Source: Eledone cirrhosa (lineage: Eukaryota). From it: 64,000 nucleotides of DNA. The DNA lies in contig OZ024740.1 of the NCBI GenBank assembly GCA_964016885.1, positions 5,952,001-6,016,000 of the forward strand. Reading direction: 5' to 3'. Position 1 is the stretch's first letter. Each line of letters opens with the position of its first letter. Of this stretch, positions 15,001-29,555 are shown piece by piece. The notes beneath the pieces are model-generated. The model was not told the DNA's origin and ran no database searches. It saw only the letters and a program-made list of their open reading frames with translations. The position numbers and the translations under genes were made by a program.

Positions 15001-18000
15001 ATAGTATATAGTGTAGTGTCATGTTGAGATAGTATATAGTGTAGTGACATGTTGAGATAGTATATAGTGTAGTGTCGTGTTGAGATAGTATATAGTGTAG
15101 TGTCGTGTTGAGATAGTATATAGTGTAGTGTCATGTTGAGATAGTATATAGTGTAGTGACATGTTGAGATAGTATATACTGTAGTGTCACGTTGAGATAG
15201 TATATAGTGTAGTGTCATGTTGAGATAGTATATAGTGCAGTGTCACGTTGAGATAGTATATACTATAGCCTCATTTTGAGATAGTATATAGTGTAGTGTC
15301 ATGTTGAGATAGTATATAGTGTAGTGTCATGTTGAGATAGTATATAGTGTAGTGTCATGTTGAGATAGTATATAGTGTAGTGTCATGTTGAGATAGTATA
15401 TTGTGTAGTGACATGTTGAGATAGTATATAGTGTAGTGTCGTGTTGAGATAGTATATAGTGTAGTGTCGTGTTGAGATAGTATATAGTGTAGTGTCATTT
15501 TGAGATAGTATATTGTGTAGTGTCATGTTGAGATAGTATATACTGTAGTGTCATGTTGAGATAGTATATAGTGTAGTGTCACACTGAGATATTATATAGT
15601 GTAGTGTCATTTTGAGATAGTATATAGTGTAGTGTCATTTTGAGATAGTATATTGTGTAGTGTCATGTTGAGATAGTATATACTGAAGTGTCATGTTGAG
15701 ATAGTATATAGTGTAGTGTCATTTTGAGATAGTATATTGTGTAGTGTCATGTTGAGATAGTATATAGTGTAGTGTCGTGTTGAGATAGTATATAGTGTAG
15801 TGTCATGTTGAGATAGTATATAGTGTAGTGTCATGTTGAGATAGTATATGGTGTAGTGTCATTTTGAAATAGTATATTGTGTAGTGTCATGTTGAGATAG
15901 TATATAGTGTAGTGTCGTGTTGAGATAGTATATAGTGTAGCGTCGTGTTGAGATAGTATATTGTGTAGTTTCACACTGAGATATTATATAGTGTAGTGTC
16001 GTGTTGAGATAGTATATAGTGTAGTGTCACACTGAGATATTATATACTGTAGTGTCGTGTTGAGATAGTATATAGTGTAGTGTCATGTTGAGATAGTATA
16101 TAGTGTAGTGTCATGTTGAGATAGTATATAGTGTAGTGTCGTGTTGAGATAGTATATAGTGTAGTGTCAGGTTGAGATAGTATATAGTGTAGTGTCATGT
16201 TGAGATAGTATATGGTGTAGTGTCATTTTGAAATAGTATATTGTGTAGTGTCATGTTGAGATAGTATATAGTGTAGTGTCGTGTTGAGATAGTATATAGT
16301 GTAGTGTCGTGTTGAGATAGTATATTGTGTAGTTTCACACTGAGATATTATATAGTGTAGTGTCGTGTTGAGATAGTATATAGTGTAGTGTCACACTGAG
16401 ATATTATATACTGTAGTGTCGTGTTGAGATAGTATATAGTGTAGTGTCATGTTGAGATAGTATATAGTGTAGTGTCGTGTTGAGATAGTATATAGTGTAG
16501 TGTCATGTTGAGATAGTATATAGTGTAGTGTCATGTTGAGATAGTATATAGTGTAGTGACATGTTGAGATAGTATATAGTGTGGTGTCATGTTGAGATAG
16601 TGTATAGTGTAGTGTCATGTTGAGATAGTATATAGTGTAGTGTCACGTTGAGATAGTATATAGTGTAGTGTCATGTTGAGATAGTATATAGTGTAGTTTC
16701 GTGTTGAGATAGTATATAGTGTAGTGTCTTGTTGTGATAGTATATAGTGTAGTGTCATGTTGAGATAGTATATAGTGTAGTGTCACGTTGAGATAGTATA
16801 TACTGTAGTGTCATGTTGAGATAGTATATAGTGTAGTGTCATGTTGAGATAGTATATACTGTAGTATCATGTTGAGATAGTATATAGTGTAGTGTCATGT
16901 TGAGATAGTATATAGTGTAGTGTCATGTTGAGATAGTATATACTGTAGTGTCATGTTGAGATAGTATATAGTGTAGTGTCATGTTGAGATAGTATATACT
17001 ATAGTGTCATGTTGAGATAGTATATAGTGTAGTGTCGTGTTGAGATAGTATATAGTGTAGTGTCATGTTGAGATAGTATATACTGTAGTGTCATGTTGAG
17101 ATAGTATATAGTGTAGTGTCATGTTGAGATAGTATATAGTGTAGTGCCATGTTGAGATAGTATATAGTGTAGTGTCGTGGTGAGATAGTATATAGTGTAG
17201 TGTCATGTTGAGATAGTATATAGTGTAGTGTCATGTTGAGAGAGTATATAGTGTAGTGTCATGTTGAGATAGTATATACTGTAGTGTCACGTTGAGATAG
17301 TATATAGTGTAGTGTCATGTTGAGATAGTATATAGTGTAGTGTCATGTTGAGATAGTATATACTGTAGTGTCACGTTGAGATAGTATATAGTGTAGTGTC
17401 ATGTTGAGATAGTATATAGTGTAGTGTCATGTTGAGATTGTATATAGTGTAGTGTCTTGTTGAGATAGTATATAGTGTAGTGTCGTGTTGAGATAGTATA
17501 TAGTGTAGTGTCGTGTTGAGATAGTATATACTGTAGTGTCATGTTGAGATAGTATATAGTGTAGTGTCATGTTGAGATAGTATATAGTGTAGTGTCATGT
17601 TGAGATAGTATATAGTGTAGTGTTGTGTTAAGATAGTATATAGTGTAGTGTCATGTTGAGATAGTATATAGTGTAGTGTCATTTTGAGATAGTATATAGT
17701 GTAATGTCATGTTGAGATAGTATATAGTGTAGTGTCATGTTGAGATAGTATATAGTGTAGTGTCGAGTTGAGATAGTATATAGTGTAGTGTCATGTTGAG
17801 ATAGTATATAGTATAGTGTCGTGTTGAGATAGTATATAGTGTAGTGTCATGTTGAGATAGTATATAGTGTAGTGTCATGTTGAGATAGTATATAGTGTAG
17901 TGACATGTTGAGATAGTATATAGTGTGGTGTCATGTTGAGATAGTGTATAGTGTAGTGTCATGTTGAGATAGTATATAGTGTAGTGTCACGTTGAGATAG

Positions 18001-21000
18001 TATATAGTGTAGTGTCATGTTGAGATAGTATATAGTGTAGTTTCGTGTTGAGATAGTATATAGTGTAGTGTCTTGTTGTGATAGTATATATTGTAGTGTC
18101 ATGTTGAGATAGTATATAGTGTAGTGTCACGTTGAGATAGTATATACTGTAGTGTCATGTTGAGATAGTATATAGTGTAGTGTCATGTTGAGATAGTATA
18201 TAGTGTAGTGACATGTTGAGATAGTATATACTGTAGTGTCACGTTGAGATAGTATATAGTGTAGTGTCATGTTGAGATAGTATATAGTGCAGTGTCACGT
18301 TGAGATAGTATATACTATAGCCTCATTTTGAGATAGTATATAGTGTAGTGTCATGTTGAGATAGTATATAGTGTAGTGTCATGTTGAGATAGTATATAGT
18401 GTAGTGTCATGTTGAGATAGTATATAGTGTAGTGTCATGTTGAGATTGTATATTGTGTAGTGACATGTTGAGATAGTATATAGTGTAGTGTCGTGTTGAG
18501 ATAGTATATAGTGTAGTGTCGTGTTGAGATAGTATATAGTGTAGTGTCATTTTGAGATAGTATATTGTGTAGTGTCATGTTGAGATAGTATATACTGTAG
18601 TGTCATGTTGAGATAGTATATAGTGTAGTGTCACACTGAGATATTATATAGTGTAGTGTCATTTTGAGATAGTATATTGTGTAGTGTCATGTTGAGATAG
18701 TATATACTGAAGTGTCATGTTGAGATAGTATATAGTGTAGTGTCATTTTGAGATAGTATATTGTGTAGTGTCATGTTGAGATAGTATATAGTGTAGTGTC
18801 GTGTTGAGATAGTATATAGTGTAGTGTCATGTTGAGATAGTATATAGTGTAGTGTCATGTTGAGATAGTATATGGTGTAGTGTCATTTTGAAATAGTATA
18901 TTGTGTAGTGTCATGTTGAGATAGTATATAGTGTAGTGTCGTGTTGAGATAGTATATAGTGTAGTGTCGTGTTGAGATAGTATATTGTGTAGTTTCACAC
19001 TGAGATATTATATAGTGTAGTGTCGTGTTGAGATAGTATATAGTGTAGTGTCTTGTTGTGATAGTATATAGTGTAGTGTCACACTGAGATATTATATACT
19101 GTAGTGTCGTGTTGAGATAGTATATAGTGTAGTGTCATGTTGAGATAGTATATAGTGTAGTGTCATGTTGAGATAGTATATAGTGTAGTGTCGTGTTGAG
19201 ATAGTATATAGTGTAGTGTCAGGTTGAGATAGTATATAGTGTAGTGTCATGTTGAGATAGTATATGGTGTAGTGTCATTTTGAAATAGTATATTGTGTAG
19301 TGTCATGTTGAGATAGTATATAGTGTAGTGTCGTGTTGAGATAGTATATAGTGTAGTGTCGTGTTGAGATAGTATATAGTGTAGTGACATGTTGAGATAG
19401 TATATAGTGTAGTGTCATGTTGAGATAGTATATAGTGTAGTGTCGTGTTGAGATAGTATATAGTGTAGTGTCACGTTGAGATAGTATATAGTGTAGTGTC
19501 GTGTTGAGATAGTATATAGTGTAGTGTCATGTTGAGATAGTATATAGTGTAGTGTCGTGTTGAGATAGTATATACTATAGAGTCATGTTGAGATAGTATA
19601 TAGTGTAGTGACATGTTGAGATAGTATATAGTGTAGTGTCATGTTGAGATAGTATATAGTGTAGTGTCGTGTTGAGATAGTATATAGTGTAGTGTCATGT
19701 TGAGATAGTATATAGTGTAGTGTCGTGTTGAGATAGTATATACTGTAGTGTCATGTTGAGATAGTATATAGTGTAGTGTCATGTTGAGATAGTATATAGT
19801 GTAGTGTCATGTTGAGATAGTATATAGTGTAGTGTCGTGTTGAGATAGTATATAGTGTAGTGTCGTGTTGAGATAGTATATAGTGTAGTGTCGTGTTGAG
19901 ATAGTATATAGTGTATTGTCATGTTGAGATAGTATATAGTGTAGTGTCATTTTGAGATAGTATATAGTGTAATGTCATGTTGAGATAGTATATAGTGTAG
20001 TGTCGTGTTGAGATAGTATATAGTGTAGTGTCGTGTTGAGATAGTATATTGTGTAGTTTCACACTGAGATATTATATAGTGTAGTGTCATGTTGAGATAG
20101 TATATAGTGTAGTGTCTTGTTGTGATAGTATATAGTGTAGTGTCACACTGAGATATTATATACTGTAGTGTCGTGTTGAGATAGTATATAGTGTAGTGTC
20201 ATGTTGAGATAGTATATAGTGTAGTGTCATGTTGAGATAGTATATACTGTAGTGTCGTGTTGAGATAGTATATAGTGTAGTGTCGTGTTGAGATAGTATA
20301 TAGTGTAGTGTCAGGTTGAGATAGTATATAGTGTAGTGTCATGTTGAGATAGTATATGGTGTAGTGTCATTTTGAAATAGTATATTGTGTAGTGTCATGT
20401 TGAGATAGTATATAGTGTAGTGTCGTGTTGAGATAGTATATAGTGTAGTGTCGTGTTGAGATAGTATATAGTGTAGTGACATGTTGAGATAGTATATAGT
20501 GTAGTGTCACACTGAGATAGTATATAGTGTAGTGTCATGTTGAGATAGTATATAGTGTAGTGTCATGTTGAGATAGTATATAGTGTAGTGTCATGTTGAG
20601 ATAGTATATAGTGTAGTGTCGTGTTGAGATAGTATATAGTGTAGTGTCACGTTGAGATAGTATATAGTGTAGTGTCGTGTTGAGATAGTATATAGTGTAG
20701 TGTCGTGTTGAGATAGTATATAGTGTAGTGTCGTGTTGAGATAGTATATTGTGTAGTTTCACACTGAGATATTATATAGTGTAGTGTCGTGTTGAGATAG
20801 TATATAGTGTAGTGTCACACTGAGATATTATATACTGTAGTGTCGTGTTGAGATAGTATATAGTGTAGTGTCGTGTTGAGATAGTGTATAGTGTAGTGTC
20901 ATGTTGAGATAGTATATAGTGTAGTGTCATGTTGAGATAGTATATAGTGTAGTGTCTTGTTGTGATAGTATATAGTGTAGTGTCATGTTGAGATAGTATA

Positions 21001-24000
21001 TAGTGTAGTGTCACGTTGAGATAGTATATACTGTAGTGTCATGTTGAGATAGTATATAGTGTAGTGTCGTGGTGAGATAGTATATAGTGTAGTGTCATGT
21101 TGAGATAGTATATAGTGTAGTGTCATGTTGAGATAGTATATAGTGTAGTGTCATGTTGAGATAGTATATAGTGTAGTGTCATGTTGAGATAGTATATACT
21201 GTAGTATCATGTTGAGATAGTATATAGTGTAGTGTCATGTTGAGATAGTATATAGTGTAGTGTCATGTTGAAATAGTATATAGTGTAGTGTCATGTTGAG
21301 ATAGTATATACTGTAGTGTCATGTTGAGATAGTATATAGTGTAGTGTCGTGTTGAGATAGTATATAGTGTAGTGTCATGTTGAGATAGTATATAGTGTAG
21401 TGTCATGTTGAGATAGTATATACTGTAGTGTCATGTTGAGATAGTATATAGTGTAGTGTCATGTTGAGATAGTATATACTATAGTGTCATGTTGAGATAG
21501 TATATAGTGTAGTGTCGTGTTGAGATAGTATATAGTGTAGTGTCATGTTGAGATAGTATATACTGTAGTGTCATGTGGAGATAGTATATAGTGTAGTGTC
21601 ATGTTGAGATAGTATATAGTTTAGTGTCGTGTTGAGATAGTATATAGTGTAGTGTCGTGTTGAGATAGTATATAGTGTAGTGTCATGTTGAGATAGTATA
21701 TAGTGTAGTGCCATGTTGAGATAGTATATAGTGTAGTGTCGTGGTGAGATAGTATATAGTGTAGTGTCATGTTGAGATAGTATATAGTGTAGTGTCATGT
21801 TGAGAGAGTATATAGTGTAGTGTCATGTTGAGATAGTATATACTGTAGTGTCACGTTGAGATAGTATATAGTGTAGTGTCATGTTGAGATAGTATATAGT
21901 GTAGTGTCATGTTGAGATAGTATATACTGTAGTGTCACGTTGAGATAGTATATAGTGTAGTGTCATGTTGAGATAGTATATAGTGTAGTGTCATGTTGAG
22001 ATTGTATATAGTGTAGTGTCTTGTTGAGATAGTATATAGTGTAGTGTCGTGTTGAGATAGTATATAGTGTAGTGTCGTGTTGAGATAGTATATACTGTAG
22101 TGTCATGTTGAGATAGTATATAGTGTAGTGTCATGTTGAGATAGTATATAGTGTAGTGTCGTGTTGAGATAGTATATAGTGTAGTGTCGTGTTGAGATAG
22201 TATATAGTGTAGTGACAAGTTGAGATAGTATATAGTGTAGTGTCGTGTTGAGATAGTATATAGTGTAGTGTCGTGTTGAGATAGTATATAGTGTAGTGTC
22301 ATTTTGAGATAGTATATAGTGTAGTGTCGTGTTGAGATAGTATATAGTGTAGTGTCATGTTGAGATAGTATATAGTGTAGTGTCTTTTTGAGATAGTATA
22401 TAGTGTAGTGTCATGTTGAGATAGTATATACTGTAGTGTCATGTTGAGATAGTATATAGTGTAGTGTCATGTTGAGATAGTATATAGTGTAGTGTCATGT
22501 TGAGATAGTATATAGTGTAGTGTCATGTTGAGATAGTATATAGTGTAGTGTCATGTTGAGATAGTATATAGTGTAGTGTCATGTTGAGATAGTATATAGT
22601 GTAGTGTCATGTTGAGATAGTATATAGTGTAGTGTCACGTTGAGATAGTATATAGTGTAGTGTCATGTTGAGATAGTATATAGTGTAGTGTCGTGTTGAG
22701 ATAGTATATAGTGTAGTGTCACGTTGAGATAGTATATAGTGTAGTGTCATGTTGAGATAGTATATAGTGTAGTGTCGTGTTGAGATAGTATATAGTGTAG
22801 TGTCATGTTGAGATAGTATATAGTGTAGTGTCATGTTGAGATAGTATATAGTGTAGTGTCGTGTTGAGATAGTATATAGTGTAGTGTCGTGTTGAGATAG
22901 TATATAGTGTAGTGTCATGTTGAGATAGTATATAGTGTAATGTCATGTTGAGATAGTATATAGTGTAGTGTCATGTTGAGATAGTATATAGTGTAGTGTC
23001 ATGTTGAGATAGTATATAGTGTAGTGACATGTTGAGATAGTATATAGTGTAGTGTCATTTTGAGATAGTATATAGTGTAGTGTCGTGTTGAGATAGTATA
23101 TAGTGTAGTGTCATGTTGAGATAGTATATAGTGTAGTGTCTTTTTGAGATAGTATATAGTGTAGTGTCATGTTGAGATAGTATATACTGTAGTGTCATGT
23201 TGAGATAGTATATAGTGTAGTGTCATGTTGAGATAGTATATAGTGTAGTGTCATGTTGAGATAGTATATAGTGTAGTGTCATGTTGAGATAGTATATAGT
23301 GTAGTGTCATGTTGAGATAGTATATAGTGTAGTGTCATGTTGAGATAGTATATAGTGTAGTGTCATGTTGAGATAGTATATAGTGTAGTGTCACGTTGAG
23401 ATAGTATATAGTGTAGTGTCATGTTGAGATAGTATATAGTGTAGTGTCGTGTTGAGATAGTATATAGTGTAGTGTCACGTTGAGATAGTATATAGTGTAG
23501 TGTCATGTTGAGATAGTATATAGTGTAGTGTCGTGTTGAGATAGTATATAGTGTAGTGTCGTGTTGAGATAGTATATACTGTAGTGTCATGTTGAGATAG
23601 TATATAGTGTAATGTCATGTTGAGATAGTATATAGTGTAGTGACATGTTGAGATAGTATATAGTGTAGTGTCGTGTTGAGATAGTATATAGTGTAGTGTC
23701 GTGTTGAGATAGTATATACTGTAGTGTCATGTTGAGATAGTATATAGTGTAGTGTCATGTTGAGATAGTATATAGTGTAGTGTCATGTTGAGATAGTATA
23801 TAGTGTAGTGTCATGTTGAGATAGTATATAGTGTAGTGTCATGTTGAGATAGTATATAGTGTAATGTCATGTTGAGATAGTATATAGTGTAGTGACATGT
23901 TGAGATAGTATATAGTGTAGTGTCGTGTTGAGATAGTATATAGTGTAGTGTCGTGTTGAGATAGTATATACTGTAGTGTCATGTTGAGATAGTATATAGT

Positions 24001-25096
24001 GTAGTGTCATGTTGAGATATTATATACTGTAGTGTCATGTTGAGATAGTATATAGTGTAGTGTCATGTTGACATAGTATATAGTGTAGTGTCGTGTTGAG
24101 ATAGTATATAGTGTAGTGTCATGTTGAGATAGTATATACTGTAGTGTCATGTTGAGATAGTTTATAGTGTAGTGTCTTGTTGAGATAGTATATAGTGTAG
24201 TGTCACGTTCAGATAGTATATAGTGTAGTGTCTTGTTGTGATAGTATATAGTGTAGTGTCATGTTGAGGTAGTATATAGTGTAGTGTCGTGTTGAGATAG
24301 TATATAGTGTAGTGTCGTGTTGAGATAGTATATACTGTAGTGTCATGTTGAGATAGTATATAGTGTAGTGTTACACTGAGATAGTATATAGTGTAGTGTC
24401 ATGTTGAGATAGTATATAGTGTAGTGTCATGTTGAGATAGTATATAGTGTAGTGTCACGTTGAGATAGTATATACTGTAGTGTCATGTTGAGATAGTATA
24501 TAGTGTAGTGTCATGTTGAGATAGTATATACTGTAGTGTCATGTTGAGATAGTATATAGTGTAGTGTCACGTTGAGATAGTATATAGTGTTGTGTCTTGT
24601 TGAGATAGTATATGGTGTAGTGTCACGTTGAGATAGTATATAGTGTAGTGTCATGTTGAGATAGTATATAGTGTAGTGTCATGTTGAGATAGTATATAGT
24701 GTAGTGACATGTTGAGATAGTATATAGTGTAATGTCATGTTGAGATAGTATATACTGTAGTGACATGTTGAGATAGTATATAGTGTAGTGTCATGTTGAG
24801 ATAGTATATACTGTAGTGTCATGTTGAGATAGTATATACTGTAGTGTCATGTTGAGATAGTATATAGTGTAGTGTCATGTTGAGATAGTATATAGTGTAG
24901 TGTCATTTTGAAATAGTATATAGTGTAGTGTCTTGTTGAGATAGTATATAGTGTAGTGTCGTGTTGAGATAGTATATAGTGTAGTGTCATGTTGAGATAG
25001 TATATAGTGTAGTGTCGTGTTGAGATAGTATATAGTGTAGTGTCATGTTGAGATAGTATATAGTGTAGTGTTGTGTTGAGATAGTATATAGTGTAG
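1..25096. repeat. 28-bp tandem satellite A, consensus AGTGTAGTGTCATGTTGAGATAGTATAT, about 896 monomers, runs off the left edge
   Basis: Read directly. Monomer starts at 1 and at 25090 (25089 = 896x28+1). Recurrent variants include gtcgtg, gtcacg, gacatg, tactgt and cactgag. Confidence 0.98.
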
Positions 25097-25110
25097 CATA
25101 GCAAAGGGGA

Positions 25111-25740
25111 ATGTATATATGTATGTATATATGTATGTATGCATGTATGTATATATGTATACATGTATGTATGTGTGTGCATGTGTGTATGTATAAATGT
25201 AGGTATGTGTGTATGTATGTTTGTGTTTATGTATGTATGTATATATGTATATGTTTGTGTGTGTGTATGTGTGTATGTATAAATGGATGTATGTGTGAAT
25301 GTACAATTTTTTTATTTATTATGTATGTATGTATTATGTATGTATATATATATGTATATATGTATGTGTGTGTGTGTGTGCCTGTGTATAAATGTATGTA
25401 TGTGTGTATTATTTATGCATATATGTTTGAATGTATATATGTATGTATTTGTGGTAGTAATATTAAAATCGTGCATTAGGTTGTTGACAGTCATGAATCT
25501 CATAATGGTTTTTTCATATGTGTATATAACATTTTTATATTATATACGTGTATATATATGTATATAATGTTATATTATATATAGTGTTTATATATATATG
25601 TTATATTATATATATATATATATTTACATTATATGTTTATATATGTCTGTATATAATATATTATATTATGTGTGTATATAATATGTTATGTTATGTGTGT
25701 ATATAATATGCAATATTTGTTTATATAATATGTGTATATT
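25111..25740. repeat. Degenerate (TATG/TG/TA)n microsatellite tract
   Basis: Low-complexity dinucleotide/tetranucleotide runs right after satellite A. Confidence 0.9.
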
Positions 25741-26301
25741 AATGGTGTTTCAATGAAAAGCCTTGATACTTATATATTCTGTATTATGGCAGCTGTCGAG
25801 ATTGATTTCTATAGATGAGCCTGACATATTCTTCCTGGACTCCCCTATGTCTTTTATGGAACAGAAAGAGATGGCGCTGCATCTTTTGTGTAAACTTGTT
25901 GAATTTCATGATACATGCCAATGAAATGTGTGTGTATACATATATAATTATACATGTATATATCTACGTATATATACATATATAAACATACATTCATACA
26001 TACATATATAGATATGTAGAGAAATAGATAGATTGATAAGTAGAGAAATAGATAGGCAGCTACATAGATATTTAGGGTCTGTTGAAAAACTATTCACTTC
26101 TAGTTTTGTCCATAGGAATTAATGATGTGATGGAAACAAAAAATGCGCAATGTGATGCCACATACATTCATACACACGTGTGGCTTCAGGCAAGCTCACT
26201 GGATGCATCCGCCACTGCCAGGCAGTCAGTATGTGTAAATTGCTGTACTAATTACTTATCACATTTTCATTGCACTCAATACTTCCAATAAGTATTCTAA
26301 G

Positions 26302-26612
26302 TTCTTGAATTCTCTGATAACTGGAGTTGAGACTTGGATGTACCATGTACAACCTGAAAACCAAAACTTAGTCATCACAACATCAAACATCACAAAGACC
26401 CCAAAAATGTACATAATGAGCAGAACAAAATCAATAAGATACTGATTGTTTTGTTTGACTTCTGAGGCAGTGTACATCATGAATACACAGCAGAAGATCA
26501 CAGAGTTACAAAGGAGTACAATCAAGAATTCTTCCTTCATTCTCATGATACATTTCCATACAAGAAGCTATATTTGTGGGTCTCACAAAATAAGCTGCTG
26601 CATTATGTTGCT
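26302..26612 (+). mobile_element. Degenerate mariner transposase fragment
   Basis: Manual translation across frameshifts: FLNSLITGVETWMYH.QPE (cf. mariner ITGDETW), TKT*SSQ..RP.K, KILIVLFDF*GSVHHEY and VTKEYNQE...LW...LLH. These match the mariner catalytic-domain consensus. Stops and frameshifts are present. Confidence 0.8.
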
Positions 26613-26737
26613 TAGATTTTTGTTAAAACAATGGACGCAACTGGTTATATTTTTGTCACTTATGTGATGGGAAAAGAAAACAAACAAGTCTTGAAAAGAG
26701 ATATAACTCTGCTACGACTGGACATCAAAAGTCATGT

Positions 26738-27148
26738 TTATAATGTGTTAAGTTTTGGTCTAAATTTTTTTATAATAAACGTTTCTTTGCCAATGTGTTT
26801 TTCTTCTGTTGTTGACTGGCAACATTAGTAGAATGGGAAGACATTGAAATTTGGTAAAGTTTTCCCTCCACATTCCTCTATATGTAGACTAAGAGGGATC
26901 TTTCTCGTGTGTGGATCTCTGATTTGTTGTGTCACGTTCTTTAATTTCGATTTACAGCTTTGCATTTGTTAGAATCTTTTTCAGTGACTTAGGTTGTCAT
27001 CTACCTTTTATAATTGGGTATTTTGGGTGTTTTTTGTCCTTTAGTAAGATAGGTAGGTTTAGTTATATGTGTGTGTAGAATTCTGTGTTTTGGGTTACAA
27101 GTTGAAATGTACGGTATGGTCGTTATTTCGATTGTTGTTTCTCGGGGT
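26738..27148 (-). mobile_element. Degenerate, internally deleted Penelope-like element fragment (RT-EN linker and C-terminal part of GIY-YIG endonuclease)
   Basis: Minus-strand translation gives TIPYISTCNPK, PIIKGR*QPKSLKKILTNAKL, then QQIRDPHTRKIPLSLHIEEC...FNVFPFY*...KETFIIKKFRPKLNTL*. These resemble PLE linker and endonuclease-end motifs (E..I....P.LN). Confidence 0.7.
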
Positions 27149-27282
27149 ATTTGTGTGCATACACACACTCACAAACACACTCCCAAACACACACACACAC
27201 ACACATATATATATGGAACTTGTTGTTGCAACTGTAAGGGCTCAGATGCTAGGCCCTCATTCACTAATATAATCATAATATA

Positions 27283-27480
27283 ATCATCATCATCACAGTT
27301 TAATGTCCATTCTTCCATGCAAGCATGGATTAGACGAGTTGCCTTGTTGTGAGAAATGCCAGGTCAGGTGACCTTTCTTACTCATACAGAACTGATTTGG
27401 CTTGGTTTCTACAACTGGATGCCCTTCCTAACACCAACCACATTTACAGCGAGTAGCTGGTGCTTTTTGTCAGAGCACCT
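27283..27480 (-). mobile_element. Diverged RTE-type 3' tail copy (LINE 3' end or LINE-tailed SINE)
   Basis: (CAT)n followed by ccatgcaagcatgg...ctggatgcccttcctaacaccaaccacatttacag, the reverse complement of motifs in 29740-29910. Confidence 0.8.
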
Positions 27481-27502
27481 ACATGACTACTTTACAGTGT
27501 GA

Positions 27503-27707
<205 letters not shown>

Positions 27708-29555
27708 GAAAACCGTGATATTGTCGGGGAGAAGTGTGTACTTAACGATGATGGCATACTTGCCATCACCGACACTGATAAGAAGGTAGCTTGGAAGTGT
27801 CACTATGAAAGGCTACTAAATGAGGAGAATAAATGGGAGAAAGACAGTCTCCCCCATATCGACCCGATAGAGGGACCAGCAGTGTTAGTCGAGGGGAGTA
27901 TAATAAGTAAGGCAATCAAGGATATGAAGACTGGTAAGGCGGCTGGGCCTTCGGAAATAGTTGCTGAGATGCTGAAGGCATCTGGCACGGTGGGACACAC
28001 CATGGTCACCCGCATAGTTAACCAAGTCGTACAGAATGGGGTTGTTCCGAAGGACTGGCATAGCAGCATCATCGTTAACTGTTATAAGGGTAAAGGAGAC
28101 GCCCTAGATAGGAGTAACTATAGAGGCATTAAATTAATCGACCAGGTCATGAAGGTCACGGAAAAAGTAATAGCGCAACTAATCAGAGAGAGAATTGATC
28201 TAGATGAAATGCAGTTCGGGTTTGTGTCAGGCAAAAGCACCACAGACGCTCTTTTCATAGTACGACAACTACAGGAGAAGTACCTAGCTAAAGGTAAACC
28301 CCTCTACTTAGCTTTTGTCGACCTGGAGAAAGCCTTCGACAGAGTCCCCCGCTCCATTATCTGGTGGGCTCTTAGAAAACTAGGCGTTGACGAATGGCTT
28401 GTGAGGGCTATACAAGCCATGTATAAAGAAACAGTCAGCAAGGTTAGAATTAACAACGAATATAGTGAAGAGTTTAGCGTAAAAGTTGGCGTCCATCAGG
28501 GCTCTGTTCTCAGCCCCCTACTATTTATTATTGCCCTTCAGGCTATAACAGAGGAGTTCAAGACAGGCTGCCCATGGGAACTCCTATACGCAGACGACCT
28601 GACACTCATAGCGGAATCAATGGCCGAGCTAGAGAAGAAATTCCAAACATGGAAGCACGGCCTAGAGTCAAAAGGACTTAAAATTAACCTGGCTAAGACC
28701 AAAGTTCTAGTTTGTAGGAAAGAAAACAAGGCGGCGGTCCCTTCTGGGAAATGGTCGTGCTCGGTATGTAGGAAAGGCGTAGGTAGAAACTCCATCTTAT
28801 GTCCTAAATGCAAAGTATGGGTGCATAAAAGATGTAGTGGGATCACAGGTAAGCTAACTAAGAACATAGACTTTACATGTGGCCGGTGTTCTGGTGCAAT
28901 AAGTAGCAGCAAGTGCCCACAAAATACTAGCTCTTTCAATTGCGCAGAGGGTTTTATAGAAATAGTGGACAGCTTCCGTTACCTGGGCGATAAAATCAGC
29001 AGTGGGGGAGGGTGCTCTGAAAGTACTGTAGCTAGAGTCAGAACTGGTTGGAAAAAGTTCAGAGAGCTTATACCACTATTAGCTGCTAAAGGGTTCTCCC
29101 TAAAAATGAAAGGCAGGTTGTACGATGCCTGCATACGAACAGCAATGTTGCATGGTAGTGAGACCTGGGCATTGTGTGCAGAGGATATACGCAGACTAGA
29201 GAGGAACGAAGCTTGCATGCTCCGCTGGATGTGTAACAGTAATATACGTGAACGGCAAAGCATAAACGAACTAAGGAAAAAATTAGAGATAAGAGGGATC
29301 AGATGTTGTTTACTCGAGAGAAGGCTGCGTTGGTATGGACACGTGATGCGCATGAAAGTCGATAGCTGTATTACAAAGTGCAGGGCAATAAAGATAGACG
29401 GTAGCCACGGAATAGGCAGACCTAGAAAAACATGGGATGAGCTGATAAACTCCGACCTCACACACTTACACCTCTCCAAGACAATGTCACTGGACCGTGA
29501 CCTTTGGCGGTACTCAGTAACAGAGAAGACCCGCCTTGCCAGTAGGCATCTCTAA
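27708..29555 (+). CDS. Partial RTE LINE ORF: reverse transcriptase with inserted PHD finger and RTE C-terminal domain
   Basis: Motifs [67 protein letters not shown] and GRPRKTW. No internal stops. Confidence 0.9.
   Translation, partial: ENRDIVGEKCVLNDDGILAITDTDKKVAWKCHYERLLNEENKWEKDSLPHIDPIEGPAVLVEGSIISKAIKDMKTGKAAGPSEIVAEMLKASGTVGHTMVTRIVNQVVQNGVVPKDWHSSIIVNCYKGKGDALDRSNYRGIKLIDQVMKVTEKVIAQLIRERIDLDEMQFGFVSGKSTTDALFIVRQLQEKYLAKGKPLYLAFVDLEKAFDRVPRSIIWWALRKLGVDEWLVRAIQAMYKETVSKVRINNEYSEEFSVKVGVHQGSVLSPLLFIIALQAITEEFKTGCPWELLYADDLTLIAESMAELEKKFQTWKHGLESKGLKINLAKTKVLVCRKENKAAVPSGKWSCSVCRKGVGRNSILCPKCKVWVHKRCSGITGKLTKNIDFTCGRCSGAISSSKCPQNTSSFNCAEGFIEIVDSFRYLGDKISSGGGCSESTVARVRTGWKKFRELIPLLAAKGFSLKMKGRLYDACIRTAMLHGSETWALCAEDIRRLERNEACMLRWMCNSNIRERQSINELRKKLEIRGIRCCLLERRLRWYGHVMRMKVDSCITKCRAIKIDGSHGIGRPRKTWDELINSDLTHLHLSKTMSLDRDLWRYSVTEKTRLASRHL

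Noticed and set aside
1-25096. CRISPR-like array (28-bp repeats)
   Set aside because: Monomers are contiguous with no unique spacers, there are no cas genes, and the context is eukaryotic.
1074-25182. Minus-strand MTLHYILSQHDTTLYTIST ORFs
   Set aside because: Translations of the 28-bp satellite, open only where variants remove the TGA.
25815-25890. Possible exon (tttctatag|...EPDIFFLDSP...|gtaaac) resembling an ABC Walker B motif
   Set aside because: Short, weak donor, lacks the DE/D-loop, and has no partner exons. RNA-seq would be needed.
26600-26737. Hammerhead downstream of the minus-strand PLE relic
   Set aside because: No CTGANGA core was found on the element strand.
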